DNA of 64,000 nt, taken from Jatrophihabitantaceae bacterium. GTDB taxonomy: Bacteria; Actinomycetota; Actinomycetes; Mycobacteriales; Jatrophihabitantaceae. The stretch is from positions 1,885 through 65,884 of the forward strand of contig DASTXN010000171.1 of the NCBI GenBank assembly GCA_035765515.1, in the 5' to 3' direction. Made by a program: the position numbers and the translations under genes. The notes below the pieces were generated by a model. It worked only from the letters and a program-made list of their open reading frames with translations, had not been told where the DNA came from and did no database searches. This document shows, one piece after another, positions 46,768 through 55,647 of this stretch; within the stretch, counting starts at the first letter, position 1; each line of letters starts with the position of its first letter.

Positions 46768-47733
46768 TCAGGGCTTGCCGCGCAGGCGCCGCTGCCAGTC
46801 CGGGTCGCTCAGCCACCACGGCGCGTCCGCGTCGCCGGTTCCCTCCGGCTGCGACTCGCCCGCGATACCGGCGCGGGCCGCGTGCTCGGCGTCCAGGACC
46901 GCATCCATCGCCGCCGCGTCGCGCGCGTCCGCCCGCAGCCACTGCCGGAAGACGAGCAGCAGGAACGGCAGGTCGATCACCTCGGCGATCACCCACAGCA
47001 CAGAGCCGGCCGTCTGCTGGTCCTGCAGGTGCGTCCGTGACCACGGATGGAGCACGCGATGGTCGAAGTACCCGGACACCAGTCCGCGGTGCAGGCGCAG
47101 CACGATGCCCGGTATCGCGTCGAGGACGAGCTCGAAGGAACCGATCGCCAGCGTCAGAGCGACCGCGAGCGTGCTCGGCCGTTCGTCGATGCCCAGCAGC
47201 GGCAGCAGCAGGATCCCGCCGAGCATCACCAGCACCGGTTGCAGTAGCCAGCCGAACGCCGGCGTGAACGCGCCCCACTGCGGGACCGGCCCGAAGAACA
47301 GCACGCCGGACAGGATCGGGACCAGCGCGGGCGCGACGAGCGGGTTGCTCAGCACGCGCGCTGGACGCGTCCGGAGCGCGCGCGCCAACCAGGTGTGCGG
47401 CCCGTGCACCGCGAGCGCCAGCTGCAGCGGCTGCGCGACCAGCAAGATCGCGGGCACCAGCAGCCACAGCGTCAGCACCTGCGTCGTCCAGACCCAATAC
47501 AGCGACCGGACGTACACCTCTAGGAAGCCGCACGTGGTCCACACGGCGAGCGCCAGCCCGAGGCCGAATGTGATCGCGCGCCGCCGCGGCCAGTCGTGGC
47601 CACGCCCGACGTGCTCCCGCATCGCACGCGCGTACCACCAACCGAGCGCGATAACCGCCGCGATGGCAACCGGCTGCCACGTCCACTGCGTGAACAGCGG
47701 GACGATCCCCGGCCGTCCCAGCCCGTTGCTCAT
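46768..47733 (-). CDS. cytochrome c oxidase assembly protein (CtaG/caa3-type) family membrane protein
   Basis: Polytopic membrane protein, 321 aa. The W/L-rich helices resemble PF09678 members. Family call is by resemblance only. Confidence 0.6.
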   Translation of the reverse strand: MSNGLGRPGIVPLFTQWTWQPVAIAAVIALGWWYARAMREHVGRGHDWPRRRAITFGLGLALAVWTTCGFLEVYVRSLYWVWTTQVLTLWLLVPAILLVAQPLQLALAVHGPHTWLARALRTRPARVLSNPLVAPALVPILSGVLFFGPVPQWGAFTPAFGWLLQPVLVMLGGILLLPLLGIDERPSTLAVALTLAIGSFELVLDAIPGIVLRLHRGLVSGYFDHRVLHPWSRTHLQDQQTAGSVLWVIAEVIDLPFLLLVFRQWLRADARDAAAMDAVLDAEHAARAGIAGESQPEGTGDADAPWWLSDPDWQRRLRGKP

Positions 47734-47779
47734 GCACCCATGGTCTCAGGCCGCCAGGGCGCCGCGACCACCTGCCATC

Positions 47780-48262
47780 ATGGACGCCATGCGGGTCTAC
47801 CTGGGCAGCGATCACGCCGGTTTCGAGCTGAAGGCGCGCCTCGTCGCGCACCTCGCCGAGCTCGGCCACGAGCCGATCGACTGCGGCGCGCACACCTTCG
47901 ACGCACAGGACGACTACCCGCCGCCGTGCATCGCCGCGGCGACCCGCACGGTTGCCGATCCGGGTTCGCTGGGTGTCGTGATCGGCGGCTCCGGCAACGG
48001 CGAGCAGATCGCCGCGAACAAGGTCACCGGGGTGCGCGCCGCGCTCGTCTGGAACGAGGAGACGGCCCGGCTCGCGCGCGAGCACAACGACGCGAACATC
48101 GTCAGCATCGGCGCGCGCAGCCATCCCGAGGCGGACGCGCTTAGGTTCGTCGAGATCTTCCTCGACACCGCGTTCTCGCAGGACGCGCGACACGTCCGGC
48201 GGATCGCCATGCTGCGCGAGTACGAGACCACCGGCGCGATCGCGGGCCACGAGACGTCCTGA
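47780..48262 (+). CDS. rpiB: ribose-5-phosphate isomerase B
   Basis: MDAMRVYLGSDHAGFELK...GVVIGGSGNGEQIAANKV...ARLAREHNDANI. Collinear with mycobacterial RpiB. Confidence 0.9.
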   Translation: MDAMRVYLGSDHAGFELKARLVAHLAELGHEPIDCGAHTFDAQDDYPPPCIAAATRTVADPGSLGVVIGGSGNGEQIAANKVTGVRAALVWNEETARLAREHNDANIVSIGARSHPEADALRFVEIFLDTAFSQDARHVRRIAMLREYETTGAIAGHETS

Positions 48263-48330
48263 CCGCTTTTTCCGAAAGGCGCCCAACTGCGCCGCCGGAA
48301 ACGGACCTGGCGTCGGAAAAGGCGGAGGGG

Positions 48331-48648
48331 TTACGCCGGCGGCTTCCAGTTACGCCGCACGATCACCACATCGCGCTCGGCCTCGGCCAGGTCCTCGTCG
48401 GTCGGACGGTTCACGTCCCGCCCGCGCAGCGCACCGCTGACGCCCAGCTGGGACGAGCCGGCACCGACCAGGTTGCGCAGCCCGCGCTCGGCCCGCGGGG
48501 GAGCCGTCGGCTGTTCGCCTGGCCGCTCGCCTGGCTGCTCGCCCGGCGGGTCCTGGCGGACGGGCCGCGGGGCGCGCGCGCGGCGCCGGTGTCGCGTCGC
48601 GCCTGCCGCCGGGTCGTCCGATGGAGTCATGCCTCGATCCTGCCGCAT
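48331..48648 (-). CDS. hypothetical Arg/Pro-rich small protein
   Basis: The conserved-looking C-terminal half is ERGLRNLVGAGSSQLGVSGALRGRDVNRPTDEDLAEAERDVVIVRRNW. Frame has good GC3. Start uncertain. Confidence 0.45.
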   Translation of the reverse strand: MRQDRGMTPSDDPAAGATRHRRRARAPRPVRQDPPGEQPGERPGEQPTAPPRAERGLRNLVGAGSSQLGVSGALRGRDVNRPTDEDLAEAERDVVIVRRNWKPPA

Positions 48649-48711
48649 CGCGCTTTCACATGGTGATCACATCGAGTGGCGGCGGTGGATCGGCCGGGCC
48701 ACGGTGAGCGC

Positions 48712-51531
48712 ATGTCGCAGCCGAATCGCTCCCGCCGCCGCAAGCCGCAGCTGATCGCGACCGCCGCACTGTCGGCGCTCGCGCTCGCCGTCGCGGGCGC
48801 CGCCCTTCCCGGTTCCGCCGGCGCCTCCGGCCCGCAGTCCACCTACCGCGTGGACGACTACGCCGACGGCCAGGCGATGAGCATCCTGCCCCCGGGCGAG
48901 AACGGTCTCGTGAACGCGTTCGACGCGCTGAAGTTCGAGCTGACCAAGAAGCGGCCGGCTGCAAGCGACGACCAGCTCGCCAAGTACGAGAACCTGCTCT
49001 ACGGCTACCAGAACCTGACCGACGACTCGCTGGGCGACTACTTCGACGACGAATCGTTCGGAGTGCAGCCGGCTGACATCACGCGCACCGAGAAGCCGGC
49101 GGCCGGCGTCACCATCTATCGCGACAAGCACGACGTGCCGCACATCTATGCCGACAACAACGCCGCCCTCGCGTTCGGCTCCGGCTATGCGCAGGCCGAG
49201 GACCGGCTGTTCCTGATGGACGTGCTGCGCCACTACGGCGAGGGCACCCTGGCCTCGTTCCTCGGCGCGAGCTGCGAGTTCGAGCAGATGGATCACGACC
49301 AGCTGCTGCTGGCGCCCTACACCAAGGCACAGGCGGTCGCGCAGGTCAACGCATTGCCCGCCGAGTACGGGGCACAGGGTGCGAAGGCCAAGGCCATGAT
49401 CGAGAACTACGTGCGCGGCGTGAACGCGTACGTCGCCGCGGCCCGGACGCACCCGAAGCTGCTGCCGGCCGACTACGTCGCCGCGGCGCCTGACCTGATC
49501 CCGCGGAAGTGGGGCGTCCAGGACGTGGTCGCGATCGCCGGACTGATCGGCGGCATCTTCGGCCGTGGCGGCGGGGCCGAGGTCACCAACGCCGCGCTGC
49601 TGCAGTACCTGCAGAAGAAGCTCGGCCCGCAGCCGGGTGCCGAGGCCTTCCGGGACTTCCGCACGGCGAACGACCCCGTCGCCCCGACCACGGTCGTCGA
49701 CAAGTCCTTCCCGTACGAGATCCCCGGCACGATCGATCCCGCGACCACCGCGATGCCGGACGACGCTGCCGCGCCGCTGACCGGAGGGCCGGTCGACACC
49801 GACCCGAACTGCGACCTGACCCATCCGAACCTGGCCGCGCTGAAGATCATCGACGACCTGGGCGTGCTGCCGAACCACATGAGCAACGCGCTGGTGGTCA
49901 ACGCGGACAAGACCGTGGACGGACATCCGATCGCGGTGTTCGGCCCGCAGGTCTCCTACTACGCGCCGCAGATCCTGTCCGAGCTGGACCTGCACTCGCC
50001 GGACTATTCGGCCGAGGGCGCGTCGTTCCCCGGTACCGGACTGGTCGAGCTCGGCCGCGGCGAGGACTTCGCCTGGTCGGCGACGTCGGCGGGCAGCGAC
50101 CTGATCGACCAGCGCCTGGAGCTGATCTGCAACCCAGATGGGGGTCCCCCCGCCAGTAAGGGCGTAGCCGGCGGGGGAGGGGGAGCACCGGCCGCGCACG
50201 GCACGTACTACCTGATGGACGGCAAGTGCAAGCCGATGGTCGCCGAGTCGTTCAAGGAACTCGCGCTGCCCAAGGTCGGCGGACTGGGCATGCCCACCTA
50301 CCTGAACCACAAGGTCTACCTCACCGACCACGGCGTGGTGCAGGGTTGGACGACGTCCGGCGGCAAACCGGTCGCGGTCGTGAATCAGCGCTCCACGTAC
50401 GGCCACGACATCGACTCGGTGGTCGGCTTCCTCGGCTGGGGCGAGCCGTCCAGCACGCACGACGTCCACTCGTTCATGGCGAACGCGGCCAAGATCGGCT
50501 TCACGTTCAACTGGTTCTACGTCGACGACCGCGACACCGGTTACTTCGTCAGCGGGCTGGACCCGGTCCGTCCGTCCGACGTCGACCCGGACCTGCCGAC
50601 CTGGGGGACCGGCAACGCGGAGTGGCGGGGCTTCCTGCCGGTGCGTCAGCACGTGCACGAGATCAACCCGCCGCAGGGCTTCTTTGTCAGCTGGAACAAC
50701 AAGCCGGCGCCGGGATTCGCGGCGGCCGACGACCAGTACGGCTATGGCCAGGTGTTCCGGTCCGTCATGCTCGTCGACCAGCTGCAGGATCAGCTCGCCG
50801 CGCACGGCGGCAAGCTCACGCGCGCCAACGTGGTGCAGGCGATGGAGGCTGCCGCCAGTCAGGACCTCGACGGCGTCACCGTGCTGCCGCTGCTGCTGCA
50901 GTACCTGTCCGGGCGGACGGAGCCGGCGGGCGTGCAGGCGATGCTGGACCAGCTGTCGTCGTGGGTCGCCGACGGCGCGCATCGCGTCAAGGCCCAGGCC
51001 GGTGACGCCCAGTACCAGCACGCGGCCGCAGTCGCGATCGCCGACGAGCTGATGCCCAACCTGGCCAAGGCGTTCTACGACCCGATCCTGGGTGGCGACG
51101 GCTACGCCCGGCTGCCGATGGGCTTCGTCCAGACGCCGAACGGGAACGGTTCGCACCACGGCAGCTCGTACGCGGGCGGCTACGAGAGCTACCTCGTTGC
51201 CTCGCTGCAGCAGCTGATGGGCCAGCACCCGGCGGACGGATTCGGCCCGGAGATCACCTCGCGCGAGTGCACCGGCGGACCGTCCACCTGCGCGGCGACG
51301 ATCGATCAGGCGCTGCAGCAGACGTACGACGCCCTCGTCACCGCGAACGGCTCGAGCGACGTCGCCGCGTGGACGGCATCCACCGCGTCGGCCGCCGCGA
51401 AGCAGACCATGCCGCAGTACGACGACATCCAGTTCCAGACCCTGGGTTTGGTCGGACAGCCCGCGATCGACTGGCAGAACCGGCCGACGTTCCAGCAGGT
51501 CGTCCAGTTCCCCCGCCACCGCCCGCGCTAA
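48712..51531 (+). CDS. penicillin acylase (S45 Ntn-hydrolase) family protein, secreted
   Basis: Signal MSQPNRSRRRKPQLIATAALSALALAVAGAALPGSAGA. VPHIYADNNAALAFGSGYAQAEDRLFLMD. Putative nucleophile context HMSNALVV. Confidence 0.85.
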   Translation: MSQPNRSRRRKPQLIATAALSALALAVAGAALPGSAGASGPQSTYRVDDYADGQAMSILPPGENGLVNAFDALKFELTKKRPAASDDQLAKYENLLYGYQNLTDDSLGDYFDDESFGVQPADITRTEKPAAGVTIYRDKHDVPHIYADNNAALAFGSGYAQAEDRLFLMDVLRHYGEGTLASFLGASCEFEQMDHDQLLLAPYTKAQAVAQVNALPAEYGAQGAKAKAMIENYVRGVNAYVAAARTHPKLLPADYVAAAPDLIPRKWGVQDVVAIAGLIGGIFGRGGGAEVTNAALLQYLQKKLGPQPGAEAFRDFRTANDPVAPTTVVDKSFPYEIPGTIDPATTAMPDDAAAPLTGGPVDTDPNCDLTHPNLAALKIIDDLGVLPNHMSNALVVNADKTVDGHPIAVFGPQVSYYAPQILSELDLHSPDYSAEGASFPGTGLVELGRGEDFAWSATSAGSDLIDQRLELICNPDGGPPASKGVAGGGGGAPAAHGTYYLMDGKCKPMVAESFKELALPKVGGLGMPTYLNHKVYLTDHGVVQGWTTSGGKPVAVVNQRSTYGHDIDSVVGFLGWGEPSSTHDVHSFMANAAKIGFTFNWFYVDDRDTGYFVSGLDPVRPSDVDPDLPTWGTGNAEWRGFLPVRQHVHEINPPQGFFVSWNNKPAPGFAAADDQYGYGQVFRSVMLVDQLQDQLAAHGGKLTRANVVQAMEAAASQDLDGVTVLPLLLQYLSGRTEPAGVQAMLDQLSSWVADGAHRVKAQAGDAQYQHAAAVAIADELMPNLAKAFYDPILGGDGYARLPMGFVQTPNGNGSHHGSSYAGGYESYLVASLQQLMGQHPADGFGPEITSRECTGGPSTCAATIDQALQQTYDALVTANGSSDVAAWTASTASAAAKQTMPQYDDIQFQTLGLVGQPAIDWQNRPTFQQVVQFPRHRPR

Positions 51532-51715
51532 CCATCCCGGCAATCCCATTTCAAACAAATCCGGACAAAGTCTTGTAGTACTGCCCGCTTCGGACTAGAA
51601 AGCCTGGTTGAAGCTGATTGATTGTGTTCGGAGCTTCGCACGATTGTGTGTGGACCTGTCGCATTCGCCCATCGGCTTCATCGCCTCAACCGGCTGGACC
51701 GAAGGGATCTCGGGT

Positions 51716-53890
51716 ATGGACCGTCCACAGAACACAAGGCGGCGGGCGCTCACGCTGCTCGCGTCGGCCGCACTGATATCCGGGCTGAGCGTGGCCGGCA
51801 CCGTCGCCGCGCAGGCACGCACCTCGCCGCACCAGCACGGCCAGCAGCCGTCGCAGCAGCTGGCCGCCACGCCGCAGATGGGGTGGAACGACTGGAACGC
51901 GTTCGGCTGCGGCGTCAACGCCAAGCTGGTCGAGGAAACGGCCGACGCGATGATCGCCAACGGCATGAAGGCGGCCGGCTACGACTACGTCAACATCGAC
52001 GACTGCTGGCTGGAGAAGCAGCGCGACGCGAACGGCGACCTCGTCCCCGACCCGATCAAGTTCCCTGACGGAATCAAGGCGGTCGCCGACTACGTCCACG
52101 CCCGGGGTCTCAAGCTGGGCATCTACGAATCGGCGGGCACCGCGACCTGCGCGGGCTACCCCGGCAGCCTCGGCCACGAGAAGCAGGACGCCGCCACGTT
52201 CGCGTCGTGGGGGGTCGACTACCTGAAGTACGACAACTGCAACAACCAGGGCAGCAGCACCCGGCAGCAGTACATCGACCGCTACTCGGCGATGCGCGAC
52301 GCGTTGAACGCCACCGGTCGGAAGATCTTCTACAGCCTGTGCGAGTGGGGCGTGAACGACCCGTGGACCTGGGCCGGTCAGGTCGGGCAGTCCTGGCGAA
52401 CAACCGGCGACATCCGCGACAGCTTCGACAGCATGCTGTCGATCTTCGAGCAGAACGTGTGGCTCTACCCCTACGCCGGACCGGGCGGTTGGAACGACCC
52501 GGACATGCTCGAGATCGGCAACGGCGGCATGACGACCGCCGAGTACCAGACCGAGTTCAGCCTGTGGGCCGAGATGGCTGCACCGCTGCTCGCTGGCACC
52601 GACCTGCGGACGATCAGCCCGGACGACCTGGCGATCTACAAGAACAAGGACGTCATCGCAGTCGACCAGGACCAGCTCGGCAAGCAGGGCGTCCCGGTGG
52701 CCAACAACGGCGAACCGGCCGGTGACAACGGGCTGTGGGTCATGACCAAGCCGCTCGCGAACGGCGACCGGTCCGTGGTGCTGTTCAACTCGACCGGCGC
52801 CGCGAAGACGATCACCACCACTGCCCGCCAGGTCGGTCTCGCGCCGTCGCACCAGTACAGCCTGGACAACCTGTGGACGCACACGACCACGGAAAGCGGC
52901 GGCGCGATCAGCGCCTCCGTTCCCGCCCACGGTGTCGCGATGTACCGCGTCTCCGCGCACAGCTCGGGGCAGGTGGCGCCGGACGTGTCGATCTCGCTGG
53001 ACGGGCTGGACGCGGTGTCGACGCCGGGCCAGGCGAGCACGGTGACGGTGAGCGCGACGAACAACGGTGCGCAGAGTGCCCGCAACGTCACGCTGAGCCT
53101 GCAGGTGCCCGACAGCTGGACGGTGACCGCGACCTCGCCGACCACCGTCTCATCGCTCGGCAGCGACGAGACGGCCACAGCGACGTTCTCGGTTGTGCCG
53201 GGCGAGCCGTCGGCTCCGCTGGCCACCGACACGGTGACCGCCACGGTCGACTACCAGTGGGACGGCGGGCAGCAGGCCAGCTCGTCGGTGTCCCAGACGG
53301 TCACGTCGACCGCGCCGGTTCAGGCGCCGTACCTGACGTACTCCTCCGCGAGCGACGCCCCGGCGCGATTCGGTCAGGTGGGCGACGACTTCGGCATCTC
53401 GGGCGGCGGCGACGACCTGTGGGGCGGTAGCGACCACTACTCGACGATCTACCGCGCCGCAGCGGTCGGTGACGACTCGACCGTGCAGACGGAGGTCACC
53501 GCGACCCAGGGCCTGAGCGGGTACGGCAAGACCGGCATCCTGGTCCGCGACAAGATCACCGAGGCGGGCAGCGCGCCCGAGGGCGTCATCTTGTTCGTCT
53601 CGCCGGAGGGCGGCGTCCAGCTGGAGTGGAACAGCAACGCGGACGCGTCCATCGACTCGGTGACACCGGCGAACGGAACGATCCCGCCGACCGTGCCGGT
53701 CCACCTGAAGCTGGTGCGCTCCGGCTCGACCTACACCGGCTATTACTCCACCGACGGCACCACGTGGACGAAGGTCGGTTCGGCGGACGTGCCCGGTCAG
53801 GCAGACAGCCAGGACGCCGGGATGTTCATCACGTCGCACACGTCCGGCTCGCCCGCGACGGCGGACTTCCACGGATTCACCGTCAGCTGA
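51716..53890 (+). CDS. secreted GH27 alpha-galactosidase with NEW3-like and ConA-like (DUF1349-like) C-terminal modules
   Basis: Tat-like signal RRRALTLLASAAL. PQMGWNDWNAFGC, YVNIDDCW, LKYDNC catalytic-region motifs. Confidence 0.9.
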   Translation: MDRPQNTRRRALTLLASAALISGLSVAGTVAAQARTSPHQHGQQPSQQLAATPQMGWNDWNAFGCGVNAKLVEETADAMIANGMKAAGYDYVNIDDCWLEKQRDANGDLVPDPIKFPDGIKAVADYVHARGLKLGIYESAGTATCAGYPGSLGHEKQDAATFASWGVDYLKYDNCNNQGSSTRQQYIDRYSAMRDALNATGRKIFYSLCEWGVNDPWTWAGQVGQSWRTTGDIRDSFDSMLSIFEQNVWLYPYAGPGGWNDPDMLEIGNGGMTTAEYQTEFSLWAEMAAPLLAGTDLRTISPDDLAIYKNKDVIAVDQDQLGKQGVPVANNGEPAGDNGLWVMTKPLANGDRSVVLFNSTGAAKTITTTARQVGLAPSHQYSLDNLWTHTTTESGGAISASVPAHGVAMYRVSAHSSGQVAPDVSISLDGLDAVSTPGQASTVTVSATNNGAQSARNVTLSLQVPDSWTVTATSPTTVSSLGSDETATATFSVVPGEPSAPLATDTVTATVDYQWDGGQQASSSVSQTVTSTAPVQAPYLTYSSASDAPARFGQVGDDFGISGGGDDLWGGSDHYSTIYRAAAVGDDSTVQTEVTATQGLSGYGKTGILVRDKITEAGSAPEGVILFVSPEGGVQLEWNSNADASIDSVTPANGTIPPTVPVHLKLVRSGSTYTGYYSTDGTTWTKVGSADVPGQADSQDAGMFITSHTSGSPATADFHGFTVS

Positions 53891-53910
53891 GGGCTTGTCA
53901 CAGCGAGTCT

Positions 53911-53945
53911 CTGGCCCCGCCCGGCATCGCGCCGGGCGGGGCCAG
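53911..53945 (+). terminator. intrinsic terminator-like hairpin after the alpha-galactosidase gene
   Basis: Perfect 15-bp GC-rich stem (ctggccccgcccggc / gccgggcggggccag) with a 5-nt loop, 21 nt after the stop. Confidence 0.65.
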
Positions 53946-54541
53946 GTCGTCCCAGACTGTGCAGCTCGCTAGACGCCATCCCTGCCCAGGTGCATCGCCC
54001 CGTGCGAGACCCCTGTTGTCGCGTCGACGAGCACGATGCATGGACCGACGCGGTCCGGACGCGGGTCGCGACCAGCCGGCAGCGGCGGACCAGATGGTGC
54101 TCGTCGGACGTTCTCCCAACGCAACATATAGACCAGCGTGTCACGACTGCGGGGGTATCCGCGACGGCGAGGTAGATCGTCGGCCCGTCACTCTGCTGGG
54201 GGCAGCCTGCGATCGCCAATGCCGAGCTGTAGGCGGCCTCCGCGTCCAGTTCCGGCACGCGGTCACTGGGCGGCGGTCTGAGCGCAGTCAGCAGCGTCGG
54301 ATAGTTCAGCGGTTCGCCAAGGGGGCCGGCGTAAGTCGCAGCCGGCGCCGGGTTCGTCGCCCGCCATCGCGCGGCCGCGGGCGTCGACGACCACGGCTGC
54401 GGCTCGGAGTCCGGCGAGGACTCGCTCACAGGCTCGATAGTGGCACGAAGCCAGCAACGACGAGTGGGATCAAGTCGAGTCGCGACCATCTTCGACGGTC
54501 GTCCGCAAGCCGAACGGCGAATTGGCTCTGTACGCCGGGTG

Positions 54542-54922
54542 TCAGACGGGGACGATTTCTACCAGGCTGTCCGCGCCGGCGAAGTCGCTCGCGTTGCGGG
54601 TGTAGACCCGCGCGGAATAGGCATGTGCGGTGGCGGCAATGAGCAGATCCATCGTCCGCGCGCGCGGCTGGCGCCCTGCATCCGCTACGGCCGCTGCTAG
54701 TTGCCCGTAGCTTGCCGCGACGGCGTCATCCACCGGGAGCGCGTCGAAGGTGCGCTGCAGAACAGACAGGCGGCGCAGTCGTTCGGCACGGACCATCGAG
54801 TCCTTGGCGACGAGCACCCCGAAGTGCAGCTCGGCCAGCGTGGCCGAACTGATGGCGAGCTCTCCGTCCAGTCGGCCGACGTCCGAGGCGATGACGACGC
54901 TGGTGTCGAGGATCGCCCTCAC
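54542..54922 (-). CDS. vapC: type II toxin VapC (PIN-domain ribonuclease)
   Basis: ILDTSVVI N-terminal acidic motif, later DLLIAATA and TRNASDF. GTG start overlapping the antitoxin stop by 4 nt. Confidence 0.85.
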   Translation of the reverse strand: MRAILDTSVVIASDVGRLDGELAISSATLAELHFGVLVAKDSMVRAERLRRLSVLQRTFDALPVDDAVAASYGQLAAAVADAGRQPRARTMDLLIAATAHAYSARVYTRNASDFAGADSLVEIVPV

Positions 54923-55167
54923 CCGGTGGACCAGGGGTCGCGTAGGGCTTGATCAATTCGGTCGCGGTCAGCGGCCCACGCCGGATCGCTCGGGCCGTTG
55001 AACAGCTCGGCTACCGCGTCGAAGGCGCGCCACCGCTGGGCGTCCGCAGCGATCAGCCGTGCGCTGGGACGGCCCGCAACGGTGATCGTGAACTCCTCGC
55101 CGGCCTCCACGCGTCGCACCAGTTCGGAGGCGTCCTGGCGTAGTTCTCGCAACCCGACCGTTCCCAT
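54919..55167 (-). CDS. vapB: type II antitoxin (Phd/YefM-type VapB)
   Basis: MGTVGLRELRQDASELVRRVEAGEEFTITVAGRPSARL matches the Phd/YefM N-terminal pattern. 82 aa. Confidence 0.8.
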   Translation of the reverse strand: MGTVGLRELRQDASELVRRVEAGEEFTITVAGRPSARLIAADAQRWRAFDAVAELFNGPSDPAWAADRDRIDQALRDPWSTG

Positions 55168-55309
55168 AAGACCAAGGTAGCACAAGTGCTATGACGTGGT
55201 TTGGTGGCCGTAGGCGGCTGACTGTCGGTGAGGGGCACGGCCCCGATGATCATGGTCGCCGTCCCGTGCACCACCCGATCACCGGGGGCGAGTGCCCCGG
55301 TGGGATCCG

Positions 55310-55630
55310 CTATTCGGATCCTTGGCTGCCGCCGTCGAAGTATTGGACGTCGTAGCCGGGACCGAGTTCTTCTCTGAGCGGCTCGAGCAGAGCCCGTCCG
55401 GCTGCCTCCCAGGTTGCCTCTTCCATTCGGCTCGGCCACTCGTAGTCAGTGTCCATGAGCGCGTCGAAACGCCTGGCCCACGCGCGAAGCCGGCTCTTCA
55501 GGTCAGCACTGAGCTGGAGCCGCTCGAGCGAGACCATGGATTCGCCTACCCCGGTTGTGGAGCGATACCAGAGCGGGTCCGCCAGATAGTCGGCCATCAG
55601 CAGCAGCCGGACGGGATCTCGATCGCTCAC
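55310..55630 (-). CDS. hypothetical protein (no family recognised)
   Basis: 106 aa with balanced composition (MADYLADPLWYRS...RLRAWARRFDALMDTDYEWP). Good GC3 frame. Confidence 0.5.
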   Translation of the reverse strand: MSDRDPVRLLLMADYLADPLWYRSTTGVGESMVSLERLQLSADLKSRLRAWARRFDALMDTDYEWPSRMEEATWEAAGRALLEPLREELGPGYDVQYFDGGSQGSE

Positions 55631-55647
55631 GGGTACAGGATCCTCGC

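Noticed and set aside
46061-48286. 741-aa minus-strand ORF and 495-aa plus ORF (46775..48262) overlapping the dsbA-like, ctaG-like and rpiB genes
   Set aside because: Only the last 160 codons of the plus ORF (rpiB) and the 46768..47733 minus frame (membrane protein) have protein-like composition. The rest is Arg/Pro/Ala-rich shadow.
53797-54489. 230-aa minus-strand ORF downstream of the GH27 gene
   Set aside because: It is partly coding-like (about 100 codons with good GC3, e.g. LNYPTLLTALRPPPSDRVPELDAEAAYSSALAIAG). It then loses codon bias and would overlap the GH27 3' end and terminator by about 95 nt. I treat it as a possible gene remnant, not a confident CDS.
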